This document shows, in pieces, positions 11,201-27,400 of a DNA stretch of 64,000 nucleotides (positions are counted from its first letter, which is position 1; each line of letters starts with the position of its first letter). Both the position numbers and the translations under genes were made by a program. Below the pieces are notes generated by a model. The model was given only the letters and a program-made list of their open reading frames with translations, made no database searches and was not told the DNA's origin. Source of the DNA: Octopus sinensis (taxonomy: Eukaryota); assembly GCF_006345805.1 (NCBI RefSeq), contig NW_021832853.1, positions 1 through 64,000 of the forward strand, in the 5' to 3' direction.

Positions 11201-14200
11201 GCCTCAATGAGGAGATGACAAAGGACCAAGACTTGTGGTGAGTTGTTGTACCTCAGAAAACACATCAAGCTACATAAAATCTCAGCCATCCATACATATA
11301 GGGATGTCCTTTATAGCCATGTCCACACTCCCTCTCTCAGCTAAAAGGTGCTTGACTTGCAGGTGCCAGTACCATGTAAAATGCACTCATGCAGCTGCCA
11401 CATAAAATGCACTCATGCTGGTTCCATGTAGGAAGCACCCAGCACACTCTGTAAAGTGGTTGGTGTTAGGAAGGGCATCCAGCCATAGATACCATTCCAA
11501 AACAGACAATTGGAGCCTGGACAACTCCCCAACTGGCCAGCTCCTGTCAAGCCATCCAACCCATGCCAGCATAGAAAACAGATGTTAAACGATGATGATA
11601 ATTACTATAAACTACTGACAACCAGTAACATATCAAGCTATCAATAACATGTCGAGCTTATTCACTTGGTCAGCTGTGATTCTCAACAGTGTAAATAACA
11701 GGTAAATACCAGAATCAAATTGGTAAAGAATTCAAAGTATGTACAATGTAGACATTAACTGCAGCAGCATTTTTAAAGTTTGTTTGAATGTTCAGGGTAA
11801 ATTAACTTAAATTGTAAATTCAAAGAGTATGAACAAGAAATGAAATTTGAGAAGAAAAAAAAGCAAAAAACAAGAATAACTGAGTAATGAAGCATGGGAT
11901 AAATAAGTATAGAGAAAAAGAATAATGATAAATTGACAAAGCTATAAAAAAAAATAAGAAAGATTAAAACTTACAGGATTTCATCTTCACTAAGTGAATC
12001 ATACCTAGCATTGAAATTAGAGATATGCAATTTTACGAGATCTTCAACTGGTAGATAACTTGTCCCAGTTTGTGTAAAATTGGTGGTATATGCTGAATGA
12101 TAGACTTTTGAGAACCACCAAATCTATAAAAAGTGAAACAGAGGACAAAAGGTTATTCATAAAATTAGTTGGGATTATATTGGTTTTAAATTTTGGCACA
12201 AGGTCAGCAATTCCAGGGAAGGTGGGTAAGTTGATTACATTGACCCCCAGCAACTCAACTGGTACTTATTTTATTGTTCTTGCAAGGATGAAAGGCAAAG
12301 TTGACCTCAGAAGAATTTGAACACAGAATGTAAAGGCAGACAAAATAGTGCTATGCATTTTGCCTGGCATGCAAACAATTCTGCTAACTTACCACATTAA
12401 ATTGGGATTATATTAACTACATATTGGACAAATCAATTATAGACGTAGTAGTTGTGTTTAAAAGATCTGAGTAGAATAGAAGCCTGGAAAACAAACAAGA
12501 TAGGAAACACAAGATGCAAATCTTGCCTCAAGGAAGGATACTTTGTCAAAGAGAAAGGATTTGGGACAATAATAGAAGAGTAGAAACAGCGTATCATAGC
12601 ACAAGCAGTTGTGTTTAAAAAGTGTTAGAAGAAAAGTTTGGTTTGATGTTTCCAAATGTGTCAGAGCTAATATTAAAAAATTACTGCCAACCAAACATCA
12701 TTAAACATTATGAATACAACATTAGACAACAGACAATACCACCTCTCTACTACAAACTATTATATTAGCAAAATCACAAGCTAGGGAGAGTATATTACTA
12801 ACAGTAGTTGCTAAAAATTTTACATGAAGATAAATAATTTGAAGATTATGGCATAAAAGGAAAACACTCTAGATTCATGTTATAAGTTTTAGCAATATTA
12901 ACTACTGTATTTTCCAGCCTAAGAGCACATACACTACTGGTTAGGGTGTTACATTCAGGATTGTGAGATTGAGGTTTCAATTCTTAGACCATGTTGTGCA
13001 TTGTTGTCTTGAGCAAAACACGTCATCTCACGTTGTTCTGCGATCACTTCAACACCTGACATGAGCCTTGATTTGTTGAAAGGAGTGAGCTAATGTACAA
13101 CACATACATTAGATCACTATAAACAAATCAGCTGTGCAGTTTGTTTAGCAAAAAAGCTGAACATTCATACATCATCTTTGGCAGGAGAGCCTATCATTTT
13201 CCAGTACAAAAGTTAATGTTGTATATTGTGTAAACACATAGTGTAAACATTTCATCCTGCTACATTTTGCATAGAACTTTTGGTCCTCAAAACTTGTCCA
13301 GTATAAGTTGACCTTTTTTTTGGCTGTAACTTTTGGGTTGAAAATTCAACTTGTATACTAGAAAATATAATATGCTAATATTGCTAGAACTTTCAATTTT
13401 ATGTGCAAACTTTTATCCAGGATATCAATAATGTTCGTAAAGCACTCCGTACAAAGAAGGAAACTGTGTCATCTATCAACATATAAATAACAGAAACTAA
13501 TTGACATGTCAAAACTAGCATATTTCATACAGATGCAAGTAATAAGAAAGCAAAAAAAAAATCTACCTGTTTAGGAAGAATTCCAGTGTTCAGTATCACA
13601 TCAACAGCTTTTTTATAAGCTGTATGGTAATAAGGATTTTCCTTGACTGGGATTTGTACGTCTATAAAAATATTCTTCCCTGTCAAGTTTGCTAAGTCAA
13701 TCAATTCTTCCAAAGACATAATGGTTTGGTTATTGTAGATTTCCTTTGTTTTGTCAGTAAGAGATCCAACAACATCCATTGGATCTTCCTAATATGCAGA
13801 CAAATATATATAAGAAAGCAAGATCAGCAGAGAAAACTTGAGAAAGAAAATTATCATATAAAATATGAATCTGTTTAGTAAAATTCTTGGCTTTGGGAAG
13901 GATTAACTGGTAGAAATTTAAGATTGAGAATGTAATGAATATCATGAAGTAAGCATTATCATTAAGCATTATTCATTTGTTTAGTTGTTTATTTTATATT
14001 TGGTTTTCTAAACTGGCTTAGGTTAGACATGTACTTATTTGAGACAGTATTTTATATTCGAATGCCTTTCTTGTCACCAACCTTTAATTATATTACAAGT
14101 ACAGGTGTTATTTTTATATTTCACTACTTCCAAAATTCAAAGTTATGAGACTTAATGTAAGCACAACACCATATCATTATTCATTTTAATGTTGTTGTTA

Positions 14201-14527
14201 TTATTATAATTAATCAGTTTAGATAATCTCATGCAAAGAAGTGGAAATAACAACTACCCACACATACAAATATGTACAAATACTCACACACACACACACA
14301 CACACACGCGGGTGCGCACTCACACACATACACACATGCTCTCACACACACATACACACACGCTCTCACACACACACACACATGCTCACACACACACACG
14401 CTCACACACACACACTCTCTCTATATATATATATATACTTTTGCTGCTTAAAATAAAGCATATTACTCTACCACTGGTATTTGAGTACTCTTTTTTCCAC
14501 CTTGTTTCACATTTATGTGTTTACTCC

Positions 14528-14576
<49 letters not shown>

Positions 14577-17500
14577 CTCTCTCTCTCACACACACACACA
14601 CACATGCACACAGGTTTAGAAATAGTTTCTGTTTATAAAATAAATGGATAATACTTAATCCTGTTAGCATTCAGATTACACTGTCAAATATAGTCCTTCC
14701 TACTAAAGGTACAAGGCCTGAAATCTTGTTGGGGCAGGACTAGATTAAATTAACCCCAATGCTAAACTGATTGAGTATTTCATCAACCCCAAAAGGATGA
14801 ATGACACAGTTGACTCATTTTACTAAACAAACTCAGATTCTAAATGATAGTTTGAACTCAGAATGTAAAGCCAGAAGAAATGCTGCTAAGCCTTTTGTCC
14901 AGTATGCTGATGATTCTGTCAGCTCACCACCTTATTCTGTCAAATATAATGCTTATTTGCATTGATTTGAATTAATCGTGCATTATTTTGCAACTTTTAA
15001 AAATATAACTTATCTATGGAATGACATTGTAAGGTAGATGTGAGAGGCAGGATCTGGCCTGTTTGAGCATAAAAGATGTAGAATATTTGGGCCAGATATG
15101 GCCTGTTTAAATATTAAGGATATCATACCATAAAGAGTGTAGAACATATGAAATAAATTTAGAACAGACAGCAAAAATGCTGGAAAAAAATCTAGCAGTA
15201 AGATTAAAATAAAGCTAAATAACACACTCAAAATTCAACATAACAGAGACATGAGATACCATCCACACTTTTTCCAAACTCTATTATTAGCTGCTAAGCT
15301 GGGAAAGTATTGATTTTTAATCATGCTTTGACTGTGGTATAACAAATTGCTGGTATCAAAACTGAAAATGAGTCATATCTATAATTATTTATCAATTTCA
15401 GTAAATTTAACATGGTTAATCATCAGTTATCAGAGAAAGCAACTGCAGAATATTTAATTATATAACTAGTTTAAATGAATAAAAAGAGCCACCAAGTAGA
15501 TGTTGTAAGGTGTCTAGTAAATATACTCTAAACTGCAAAAGAAATGTGATTATTTTTCAAAATGTTGGTGCAGACAGAGAGAAAGGCATCAAAGCGCAGC
15601 GCTATGTTGATCAGATCCTAAGACCTTACATCATGCCCTTCTTCACATGTCACCATAGCCACATGCTCCAGCAGGACAATGCTCCTTCCCACATGGCCAA
15701 GTTCACCATGGACTTCCTGCATCAGTACAACATTAGAACCATGCTGTATCTGGCTCTCAACCCAGATTTGAATCCATTTGAATACCTGTATGATGAAATC
15801 CAGAGATGGCTGAACCAGGTGGTCCCAAGGCTGGCAACACATGTGGAGCTGGAGGCAGCTTTCCTCAGGGTGTGGGCACAGGTGCCAATGGCTTTTGTGA
15901 ACTGCCTCAGGCACTCCATGTACTGATGGTGTACAGCTGTTTTTGAGTGCCCAAGGAGGGCATACACGGTATTGAACATGTCATGCCCTACAATCTCAAT
16001 GTGCTGGATTCGCCCACTACCAGAACACGTGATGATGACTCATAGATTGAGGTTAAACTGCATTCAAGAAATTGACTTTATCAGATTTATCAAAATTCAT
16101 CTCTGACATAATGAAATTAAAACATATTTCACAGTCATACACGTCTCCTGTTTCTCTTGCAGTTCAGTCTACAATGATCACATGGAAATATATAAAATTC
16201 CTGGATTTGAGTTGGTACAATAGAGTTGTGTAGCATTTGGGACACGTGAATGATTTTCATCATCAATTACAAGGATGTTTCCACTTGCACAACCCTATAT
16301 ACATGCACTACACTAACACACACACCGCTACCCCTTTATGCTTCTTTCCAGACATGGATGCATTCAATATACTTACACCTGCACACCTACCTCTTCTCTT
16401 TGAACTCCCCTATAATATCACAGCATTCCCACTTGGTTTCTAACCCTTTGCCTATTTCTTTTTATTGAATATATCTCTTTCTCACTCCCATATATGCTTT
16501 TCCCTTTCTTTTCTTCTGATAAAGGACTAATGTCCAAAACATTAAGACACTCTCTCTTTCCAATGAAGCATTAGGCTAACATTGGGTTTGTTCAAATTTG
16601 TTCCTCCTACATTTTCCTTTTTATTGTTCACTGTGTGTGTGTATGATTCTTCTTTGAGCCTTATTTTCTTCTTAAAAGAGTTCAAGCTGGTCACTAACAA
16701 AGCAACAAAACTTTTTAGTCAAAAGAGTTTCCAGTGTTTGTAAATATGAGGTTGAGTTGGTGTGTTGGTTGAGCTGTTGATGCACCCACCCAGTTGTGTG
16801 CATCTCTTCACCTAAAGAATCTCAAATGGACATTCTTCAAAATGTCTAACAAATCTTCACTGTGTCACTAACAGACTGGATTTGGAGAATTCACATCAGT
16901 TTATTTATTTATTTATTCATTTATTTATATGTGTGAGTGAGTGTGTATGTGTATTCAAACATACATACATACATACATACAGTGGTTCTCAACCAGGGTC
17001 TATATAAGATTTTGTTGTTAAAATTTATGAGCAATGAATTGGTTATACTTCTACAATACACAAAGTGTTTTAATATTTTTATACAATTCCTACTAATATT
17101 TAATTATAGAAATATAATAGGATTTTTTAAACATCAAATGACTAGGAGGATCCATTGAGTAAAATAGGGATCAAAGGGGTCCATAAGTAAAAACAAAATG
17201 GCCAAGAAACACTGTTGTAAATGAATGTCACTGTCATACAAGCAGTGTTATTCATTTCCAATATTCCACTAAAACATGTCTGGTCATGGTGAAATATTTT
17301 TTTCTACTCTAGGCACAAGCCCCAAATTTTTGAGGAGGGAGCCAGTCAATAAGATCGACCCTATTACACAAATAGTACTTAATTTATCGACCCTGAAAGG
17401 ATAAAAGGCAAAGTCGACCTCAGCGGAATTTGAACTCAGAACATAAAGACAGATGAAATATTGCTAAGCTAATGTTTCTGCCAGCTCACCACCTTAATCA

Positions 17501-20500
17501 TGGGTAAATATTACATTGCTAGGAAACAGGTCACAGTTGGTGACAGAAAATGCATCCAGCTGTAAAAAATCTGCCTCAATAAACTCTGCCTAACCCATGC
17601 AAGCATGGAAAAGTGGATGTTAAAACCAAGATGATGATAATCATAAGAAATTTGTATTTCTATATTTATGAATATTTTCAGAAAGTATTAGAAATAATTA
17701 AAAATTATTACAAAAATAATGTCCATACAAGAAACTTTAAATACTCTTAGATAACTTACCTCTAAAAACCAGCTTCCAGCATTGAGTTTCCGCAATTCAT
17801 CAAATGTAAATGTAGAAGCATCATCATCCACTCGGTCGGGATATACTTCTTCAATATTGGTTGTCCGTCGTAATGTTTTGTCATGTAAAATAAACGGAAT
17901 TCCATCTAAACTGTAAGAAAATATTTCAAATGACACATGTATGATTATCTGTGGTCAAACTTCCTTACTATCACTTCTAACCACACACATACAAGAACTC
18001 CATCGGTTATGATTACAAGGGCCCCAGTTGATCTGATTAACAGAGCAGCCAGCTCATGGAATGAACATGCCTAGTGGCTGGGACCAATTAATACCATGTG
18101 TGTAAGTTTGATTCACAGAAACTGTAGAAAACCTATATGACATCTAAATGCACACATACATACCACCACCACCACTGCTATATATATATAGTCCTTTTTC
18201 GGATCTAGTTTTTTTCATTAGCAAAGTATGTATTTTTTAAAACGAGGTAAAAGGTCTGAAAATTGGCTATACTAATGTAGCCTTCCAGTCTCGTTGTTTT
18301 GAAAGTATGATGTTGTGGAGAAAAAAGTTACAGGGGCTTAAAAATTGAAAAAACTGGATATTTTTAGCCAATAGCAAGACATAAATGTGTCAACTTTAAG
18401 GTTGTACCCTGTGAAATTTGTAGTTTAGCATCTAACTTGTTCATTGTACGTTTTTAAATAAACAGAAATACCTAATTTTATTGTAGGTTTCTAAATAAAC
18501 ATGTATCATCTTACTGTTTCTTTTGTCTCTTCATTAATTTTATGATTTTATTATTTTTTTAATTTGTTATATTAATATATTTGTCTGCATGTGTTATTTT
18601 ATGTGTACTTCAGTATTATGTATACCTGCCATGTATTTATGTAAATCATTAATATATATATAAGTACATGCCTCTGTGTGTGTGTGTGAGTGTGTGTGTG
18701 TGTGTGTGAGTGTGTGTGTGTGTGCATGCATGTGTGTGCATGCATGTGTGATGCATGTATGTGTGGGTGGGTTTTGGGGTTTGTGTGTGAAGGGGGTTTG
18801 TGTGGGTTGGAGGGGGGGGGCGTGTGTGTGTGTTTGAAAAGGGGGTGTCCCAATTTGTCCCAAGGAAAAGAATACCTGTATCATATATGTTTTTTGCCTG
18901 CAGAATTAAAAAATAATGTCAAATTATCTGCATCACCCACAGTTTCTGTTCCACGATATCCCTCTCAGTTCCTGTAACGTGTGCTAAATCTAAGTTAAGC
19001 TGTTGAAATGTGAAGCTAACGGTTTAAGAAATACTCCTAATTAAAACTTTTATGAATAGAATTAACCTAGTGAAATCATAAATCCAGCAATCTGAGTCAA
19101 TGAGTCCCAAAAATATATGAAATGAAAAATATGTAAAAATACTAAGTGTAAAATATCAACACAGACAACAGTGAACCACAACACAGTGTGCGGTTGTCAT
19201 GGTAACACGCTACTAATGCTATGCTGTCTGTTGATTGGCTAAAATTACCCAAATTTCCCAACTTTAATTCCAATTAACATCATATTCTTTAATTTACGAG
19301 ATAAAGTAATTGGTTGGTCGCAATCAAAATTCAGAGTTGTATCGATACACCAAAATTGAAAGCAATCTTAGCAAAATTAAGAGGGGTACTTATTTTGTGA
19401 ATGAGAAAGAGCAGATCCCCTTTTTCCTCTAATATATATACATGTAATTAAGGTTCCATTTAATTAGGTACTTAAATTGAGGTACCTTACTAGGTTGGTA
19501 TAATCCATACACCCAAGCAATATCAATTGGATATTGAATATCAAGACTCCATGCAGGGTTGTTTGTACCTGAGATTCCTGCCATATGTGCAGACAATGCA
19601 ACCTAGCTAAGTGATGATATCCACTCCTGATATCCTGCTACAGCTATGTCAAAAGAAACAATATAAATATTTTGGGTTTGGTTATTAATGTGAATATATT
19701 AAGGAAATGGTTATATATCCTTTATGTTTGAAGTCTATGTGGTCACCTGACAAGAATGGTTTCTTTTGAATGATGTAATGTTTTCATTAATCAATTAAAG
19801 GAGTCGCTTGTAACAGCCATAATGATTTGACACCTGTACATCTTTGTTACTCATTTAATATAAGCTTATCTGTACAGATTATTTATAGAGTGCAGAGCTT
19901 CAGAGCCAGCACTCAAAGTTATGATATTTTGTATACAATTATGTAAACTATGTGATTGAAGACAGAAAAATAGGTAATGAGTGTATATGCATATTTCAAG
20001 TGTTCTTGTTCTTTCATCAGTACCACATCCAACCATCAACAAGTACACTGCTTAAATACCCACTAAATTTAGCCGTGTAACACTACTGGATAGACCAATT
20101 TACATATTAAACATATTCCTGGCAAACAGTGTGTAAATATCAATGGCTAGCAAGGACATTGTATTTCATTTTGCAGCCATAATAGTCTACCAAGTATATT
20201 AAAGGTTCACAAGTCAATACTATCTTGCTTTTTGTTTCAACAGTGTGACGTTCTCATTTTTAATCTTATCTCTATTGATTTTCTATAGATTTCAGAGCCA
20301 CCACTGAAAGTTACAATGCTTTGTATACAAATACATTTACAAAAACAATGCAACCAAAGACAGAAAAATAGGTAATGGCTGTATATGCATGTTTCAATTC
20401 ATTTGTATACAGTTGATGGGTTGGATGTGGTGGTAGTGGAAGAGCAATAACTCTTGAAATAGGATCACCAAACTCTATCAAGAGAGTAACTGTAATGTGT

Positions 20501-23500
20501 CCATAGGGATGGTATCTATGGTTCTGTAATCAACTATGATGCAAGCTCCCAATTCAAATTGATAATAATGGAACTGGATGGTGACAGAGAGTAATTTTCT
20601 GTCACTAATTCTCACCTGTTTTTAAAGGGAGTTTTCATTGCACATGTATTTGAAAGCAAAACTGCCAAATGATTTGTTTACAGGGAATTGACAAAAGACA
20701 ACATTGACTCTGGCTCAGCATATTTTCATTCAAGTGCAGAATGTAAACACACACACACACACAAACTTTGTACAGATTCCATGTATCAATTTAACTAAGA
20801 AATCATTGGTTAATCCAGGACTATAATAAAAAACACTTGCACAAATTGCTGTACAGATGGACTGAACCCAAAACCATATGGTTGAGAAGTGAACTTCTTG
20901 ACCACATAGCTATTACTGCATCTTATTTAACCACAAATATTTCTAGTAGGGAAAACTGAATCACCAGTTATCAGCAATGGGTCATAACTGAGAAATAACT
21001 TACAGAATTTATATTTCAAAATGTAGAAAGAAACAATGTAATTTACCTTATTCGTACATCTGACTCAAATCCATAGACACTTTGGTTCGCAGCTAATTGG
21101 AATGCAACTAAAGTATTCTCAGGTGCAATCTTGCAAGAAAATTTTTAAAATACAAAAGAACTGAATTTAAATTTGGTTAAATATAATCCAACAGTAACAT
21201 ATTGAGAGATTTCTAGCTAAAAAAATACTGTGTCTAATTTTAAAATATTGGTGAACTTTATTTATTACAATTTAATTACAAGGAAACAAGAAACAGAAAA
21301 AGAAATATAAGATGGTGGGAGAGGAAGTAATGGGCCACACCCCCCAGAATAAATGGCATGTTCAGCTACATCCCACAGATATGACCACAATGGTATTGCT
21401 GCAGAGAATGGCTAGTGACACTTGCTACAGCAGCCACTTCACCTTGTAGGGTTCATTCTCATACAGGCTACCATTATCTCAATTTTGCAGACAAAAACAG
21501 TAGTGCAGGATCTGAGAACAGCTGAGGTCTCAGCAGTGACCAACACAAACTGATAGCAGCCCATCAGACCCCTGTATTTATTGATTCGTCTTTCCTTTGC
21601 ATTACAGACAATCTGTTGCTCCCCCACTCCATTTTCTGCTACTTTATTCCCATCCTACTTTTTCTTCTCCTGTTTTAAATTCAAGTGTTTTCTCTCATCT
21701 TCACTGATGAATATGGCCAAGAAATGCAGTACATTAAAATGGAATGTCAATCTTTTAAAAATATTATTATTATTACTATTATTATTTATTGTTAAGGCAG
21801 TGAGCTGGCAGAATTGTTGGCATTCCAAGGCTATAGTAGAAGGCACTTGCTCAAGGTGCCACACAGAGTGACTGATGTATACTTCTATCACATTTCAATC
21901 ATTTTCCCATTTCTTCCTTCCTTTCCTTTATGTATTCTGTCCTTGTGATGTCCCCACTCATCTTATGTCCCTCTTGCTAATAAAAGAAATTAGTATTATT
22001 ATTATTATTATCATTGTTATTATTTACATAGGCTCAAAACTGGAAGTTTTGGAGAAGTACTCTATTCTATGAACCCTCAAAAAGATGGAAGGCAAAGTTC
22101 ACTTCAGCTTTGAACTCAGGAGAAAATACCACAAAGCATTTATTCCAATATTTTGACGATTCTACCAAAACCACAACAACAATAATAATTATATTCATTC
22201 CAACTCATTGCTTTGTTTCTCAGTTATATTTGTATTTGATAGAATAAAAGATGCACAGACATATTAGATGCATCCCAATTTCAGCAGTGCATGTTCAGGA
22301 AAAAGCAAGTATCAGGGACAAAATTAGCATATGGAAGGTTCAACTCCACATATAGGAGCAGGGGTGATTTTTTGAGACATCTTTTTGGAACACAATGCAT
22401 CTTATATTCCATCAAATATGGTACTTCTATTGACATGTATGATTTCAGACACATTCAAAGTTATCTCCCTTACTCACTCAACTAATAATATTTTACTTTA
22501 GTCATGTGATCTGTAACGGAAAAAATCATGAAAATAATAGATTTATTACATATATTCAGTCAACACCTCTTTATAATTACATTATAATTACTTTATAATT
22601 ACATTTGGGTTAAACTATATATTATTATCATTATAAAGGCGGCAATCTGGCAGAATTGTTACCATGCCAAACAAAATACTTAGCAGCATTCCTTCTGGCT
22701 GTACATTCAGAGTTCAAATTCAGTTAAGGTCAACTGTATCTTTCATCCTTTTTGGGTCAATGAAAGAAGTACCAGTTGAGCATTGAGGTTGATGTAATGG
22801 ACTGTCCCCACTCGCACAAAATTACAGGTCCGGTGCCTAGTAAAAAGGATTATTATTGTGGATGTTGCTCTTATTACTTCACTGTTTTCAATTTCCTGTT
22901 TACTCATAAAGTCTAGAAAGAAGGACAATACCCATGACCTTTGCAGCACCTTCAAGACCAGTGAGTTTCATGAAGCTAATTTTCTGTTTCTATTGTCTTC
23001 AAGGACAATGTCTGATTGTTTGTATCTCTATTTCTATGAGTATTGATGGAACATGTTACAGAGAATTGTGTAGTGATATTAATTGGTCACTGGTTCTCAG
23101 ACATGCTTAATTAATAAAATATCAATGATTTTGATTTTCATTTCGTTGAGGAATTATACTGAGAAACCTAATTATCTAAGTTTACACATTTAGATTTGGC
23201 CAATAATAAACATCAACTTTTACTGTATTGTAACCACAAGGCTTACATTTAAAGTTTCCACAGGTTTTAAAGACTGTATGCCTTGTGACCCTGGCTCAGT
23301 TTTGAGTTGTTAACATGTAACTTAGTTTCCTTGATAAGCACTTTTCACCACCACCACCACTACCATCATCACCATCATCATTTAATGTCAGTTTCCCATG
23401 CTGGCATGTGTTGGATGGCCTGACAGAATTGGCAAGGTTAGGGGCAACACCAGGTCCTATACCTTGCTTTTGGCTTTGTTTCTACAACTGGATGCCCTTC

Positions 23501-24388
23501 CTAATGCCAAACACTTTACAGAGTGCACTGGATACTTTTTATGTGGCACCAGCACCAGTGTTTTTTACATGATACCATTACTACTGTTTTTTCACATGGA
23601 AGCATCACCACAGTTTTTTACATGGCACCATCACCTGTGCTTTTTATGTAGCACCAGTAAATTTTTACATGGCACTGTGGTTTTAGGATATCAATTCTGT
23701 TATGGAGAATGGGTCTTCTAACCTACATGTGAGTTTCTTGTTCTAATGTTCTGAAAAATTGCCCATATATGGGCTTGTCAATCAGTACTTTCTTCATAAA
23801 AATTTGAATTGCTTTCTTCACTTGCAGTTTAATGAGGTTAATAGTAGTGTCACTACAGTAGGTGAGATGTCTCCTTTACAAAAGTTGAATTTGTAATGTC
23901 CTGGCTAATGTGGAAAAGGAACTGTTATTTCATTTCTAGATAACCACACTTCTTAGTGGATCTTTAACAACTAAAAAATATTTGCCTAGCTAGGATTGGC
24001 ACAGGCTACTGACTGGTTTCTTCATATTGTTATGACATGCTCGTGTTAATCAGAAAAAAACGTTTACTGCTCTTTGTAAACTAAATAGCTTGAGTTGTAT
24101 TGTGTCAGATGTTGTTTGTAAGGCTGTAAAGTAATTATCATCAGTGTTGTGGTCATCACCATCATTGTTTTAATGTCCACATTTCAAAGCTAGCACGCTC
24201 AGATGCCCTTCCTGTTGCGAACCAGCACCTGTCTCCATGCAAGATATTACCCCTTGGTTAGATATGGTTTTTTCTTTCACAAAAGACAACAAATGAATCA
24301 CATCCTTTGTATGTTGGTGATGCTTGTTGACAGCTATCATGTGATGTCAAGACAAACACATACACACACAATCAGATGCATGAATGCA

Positions 24389-24433
<45 letters not shown>

Positions 24434-27400
24434 CAACCCATGCCAGCATGGAAAATGGATGTTAATCGATGATGATGATGATACACATGTTACTCTTTTA
24501 CTTGTTTCAGTTATTTGACTGTGGCCATGCTGGAGCACTGCCTTTAGTTGAGCAAATCAACCCCAAAACTTATTCTTTGTAAGCCTAGCACTTATTCTAT
24601 CAGTATCTTTTGCTGAACTGCTAAGTTACAGGGATGTAAACACATCAGCATCGATTGTCAAGTGATGTTGGAGGGACAAACACACACACACACACATATA
24701 TATATACACACATTGTGAGACATGTTTTCTTAGTTTGAAATTTTCTTTTACAGTTTGCAGTCACTCTAATTTATTATAATGAATCTCTTATTTCACTTTA
24801 ATATAATTATTATTATTAATAGTAAAACTGTGAACTCTGAAAACTATTACATACCACACAATAAATCAGACACTTAACAATTGTACAAGTGAAAAAGGTA
24901 AGGAGGAAGTAGCTGCAGACTATTCCAGAGTATTTTAGAGAAGGAATGGTTCAGCATCAGCATCATCATCATCAGCAGCAATTAATATCCACTCTCCATG
25001 CTGGCATCGGTTAGATGGTTTGACTGGAACTGATGAGCCAGAGAGCTACACCAGGTTCTAGTCTGATTTGACATGGTTTATACAGCTGGATGTCCTTCCA
25101 ATGCCAATTTGACAATTCAAATTCTTTTTTAACAGTTCATATGAAGAACAACTAAGTATTTTGGTTGAATATGAAAGCATCATGGTCAGTCATCAAAGCA
25201 ACATGAAATTTTCAGCTAAATTTCCAACAAATAAGATATCAAATTCAGGCCTTAGCATAAAATTACTAAATATGTTAAGCAGGAGAATACATGCCCACCA
25301 TGTTCAGTACTCTGAAATAAACTGATTCTGTGTCCAAATGTAGTATCATATTTGTAATCATCAATGAAACAACAGCAAAGGAAACAACAGCTAGTTTAGT
25401 CAGCAGCCCTTTAGCACTTAACCAGGCCATATCCAGTCAAAATATTCTACAAGTTTAATGTTCAAACTGATCAGATCTCGCATCTTCCAGAATGTCATAT
25501 TGAACACGAACAATCACATCATCAAAATCTCAAGCCTAGAAAATAATGCAGTATTAATTCAAAACGATGTGAATAAATACACATTACATCTGATTGAGTA
25601 ATCTAAACACTAAAAGGTTAAAATGGCAATGAAACACGAGCCACATCTGCAGTTACTGAGAATGACTCAATCAACCTTCTTGTAAAGAAAGACAAACCAT
25701 AAGAAAACACACAATTCACTATCATGGTGGTTGTTTAACCCCAGGTCGGTTGTGACTGATTAGACCTATAACCAAAAGCATTCAAGACAGGACAATCCTG
25801 TCCTTTCAAGGGTATCTAAGAGTACATTATCCAATGTAACCTTTGGCTGCTATTTCTAGCAGGTCAAGTGACCTCATAATTCATTTAGCATTTAAACCGG
25901 CCATATCCATATTATGTTCAAACTGACCAGATGTATCCTCTGACACCAACCTGACAATATCATTCTAAAAATTAACAGTTACCTCATCAAAATCTCAAAG
26001 CTGCAAGATAATGCATGATTAATTCAAAACAAAGTGAACAAATAAGCATTATTTTTGACAGAATAATATGAATGCTAAAGGATTAGTTTGTTGCTTACAG
26101 GTTCATTAGACCAGAGTTTCTTTCAGTTTCTATGGGGTTTAAGAGTACAACACTCCTCCACTATAGAGAACTGCAGCCCATTTCAGGATTAAAACCACTT
26201 CCTCTGGGATTACTTTTCAGCTGAATGAAATGGGGCATGTGAAATGAAATGCCTTGTTCAAACACACTATGCACAAGATCAAGAATTGAACCAATGCCTT
26301 TATCAAAAGGCCACACACCAACATAATTGCAAAGCGGTCACATTGAATGACTAACTATTCATTAGTTTTACAAGTTGGGCTTATGTCTTTTAATGGGCAA
26401 AAGCTGCACCAGACTGACACCTTTGACTTCCTTAACAATGTAAAAGCTACAATAAGCTCCAGCGTACACTATTTATAATGAAAAATGCTGTTCGCTGCTA
26501 AAGTACACTCACACACAAATTCAGTAAAATTAGATTCTACTCAAATTACATTCCATATAGCAACCCACCCAACTCCATCAATTTACAAGCTGAATATTGA
26601 TCGAAAGACAATAAATGGATGTGTACTAACGATGTGTCTACTAACACCAAATATTCATTACTTTCTAAAACAAATAAAAGGAAATCTATTTTAACAAAAA
26701 ACAGAAAAACAACAAGATACACTGAACAATGGTGAAAATACTATTAATAGATTTGTAGCAGAAGATATTCTGATATTTTTAGACTTGATTATTTAAAGTT
26801 CCTGGTTCTACAAGACATGTCTGAGACATTTGAGAACCAAACTTGATACTTTGCAATATTCAATATAAGTGTAGACATCACTGTGTGGTTAAAAAGTTTC
26901 CTTCCCATCTGCATGGTTTCAGGTTCAGTCCCACTGTGTAACATCTTGGGTGTCTTCTACTTTAACCCTGTCAATATACATATGCTTCAGAGAAAAGCAT
27001 TAGTCAAGTAGAGAGTGTAATGAGAGATTACATAAATGACAAGAGAACCAGAAATTACGTTATGAACTTCATTATCTTACAGCTGTTTCTGGTACAATAT
27101 GCAAGGAACTCATAGTTGAGTGTTTGAGTATCACTTTATAATAGAAACAGTGGTAACCTAATGAAGTTCATTACATCATTTCTTGTTCCTTATCATTTAT
27201 ATTTGTTTGTTTGTTTGTTTGTGTGTGTGTGAGAAAGAGGGAGAGAGAGTATGTATACATTTATGTCGCCTTGTCTTGACAACACATGATAGTTGTGTCA
27301 CTGTCATACAAAGTAGTATCATTCATTACCAATATTCTGCATAAACCTGTCCACTGATGGGGTAATAGTGATTTGCATGGAAGCAGGTAAGGGTTGGTGA

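Noticed and set aside
14229-14638. His/Thr- and Cys/Val-rich ORFs (also 18594-18977, 32959-33231, 5321-5664, 63230-63478)
   Set aside because: Translations of (CA)n, (TG)n and (TA)n microsatellites.
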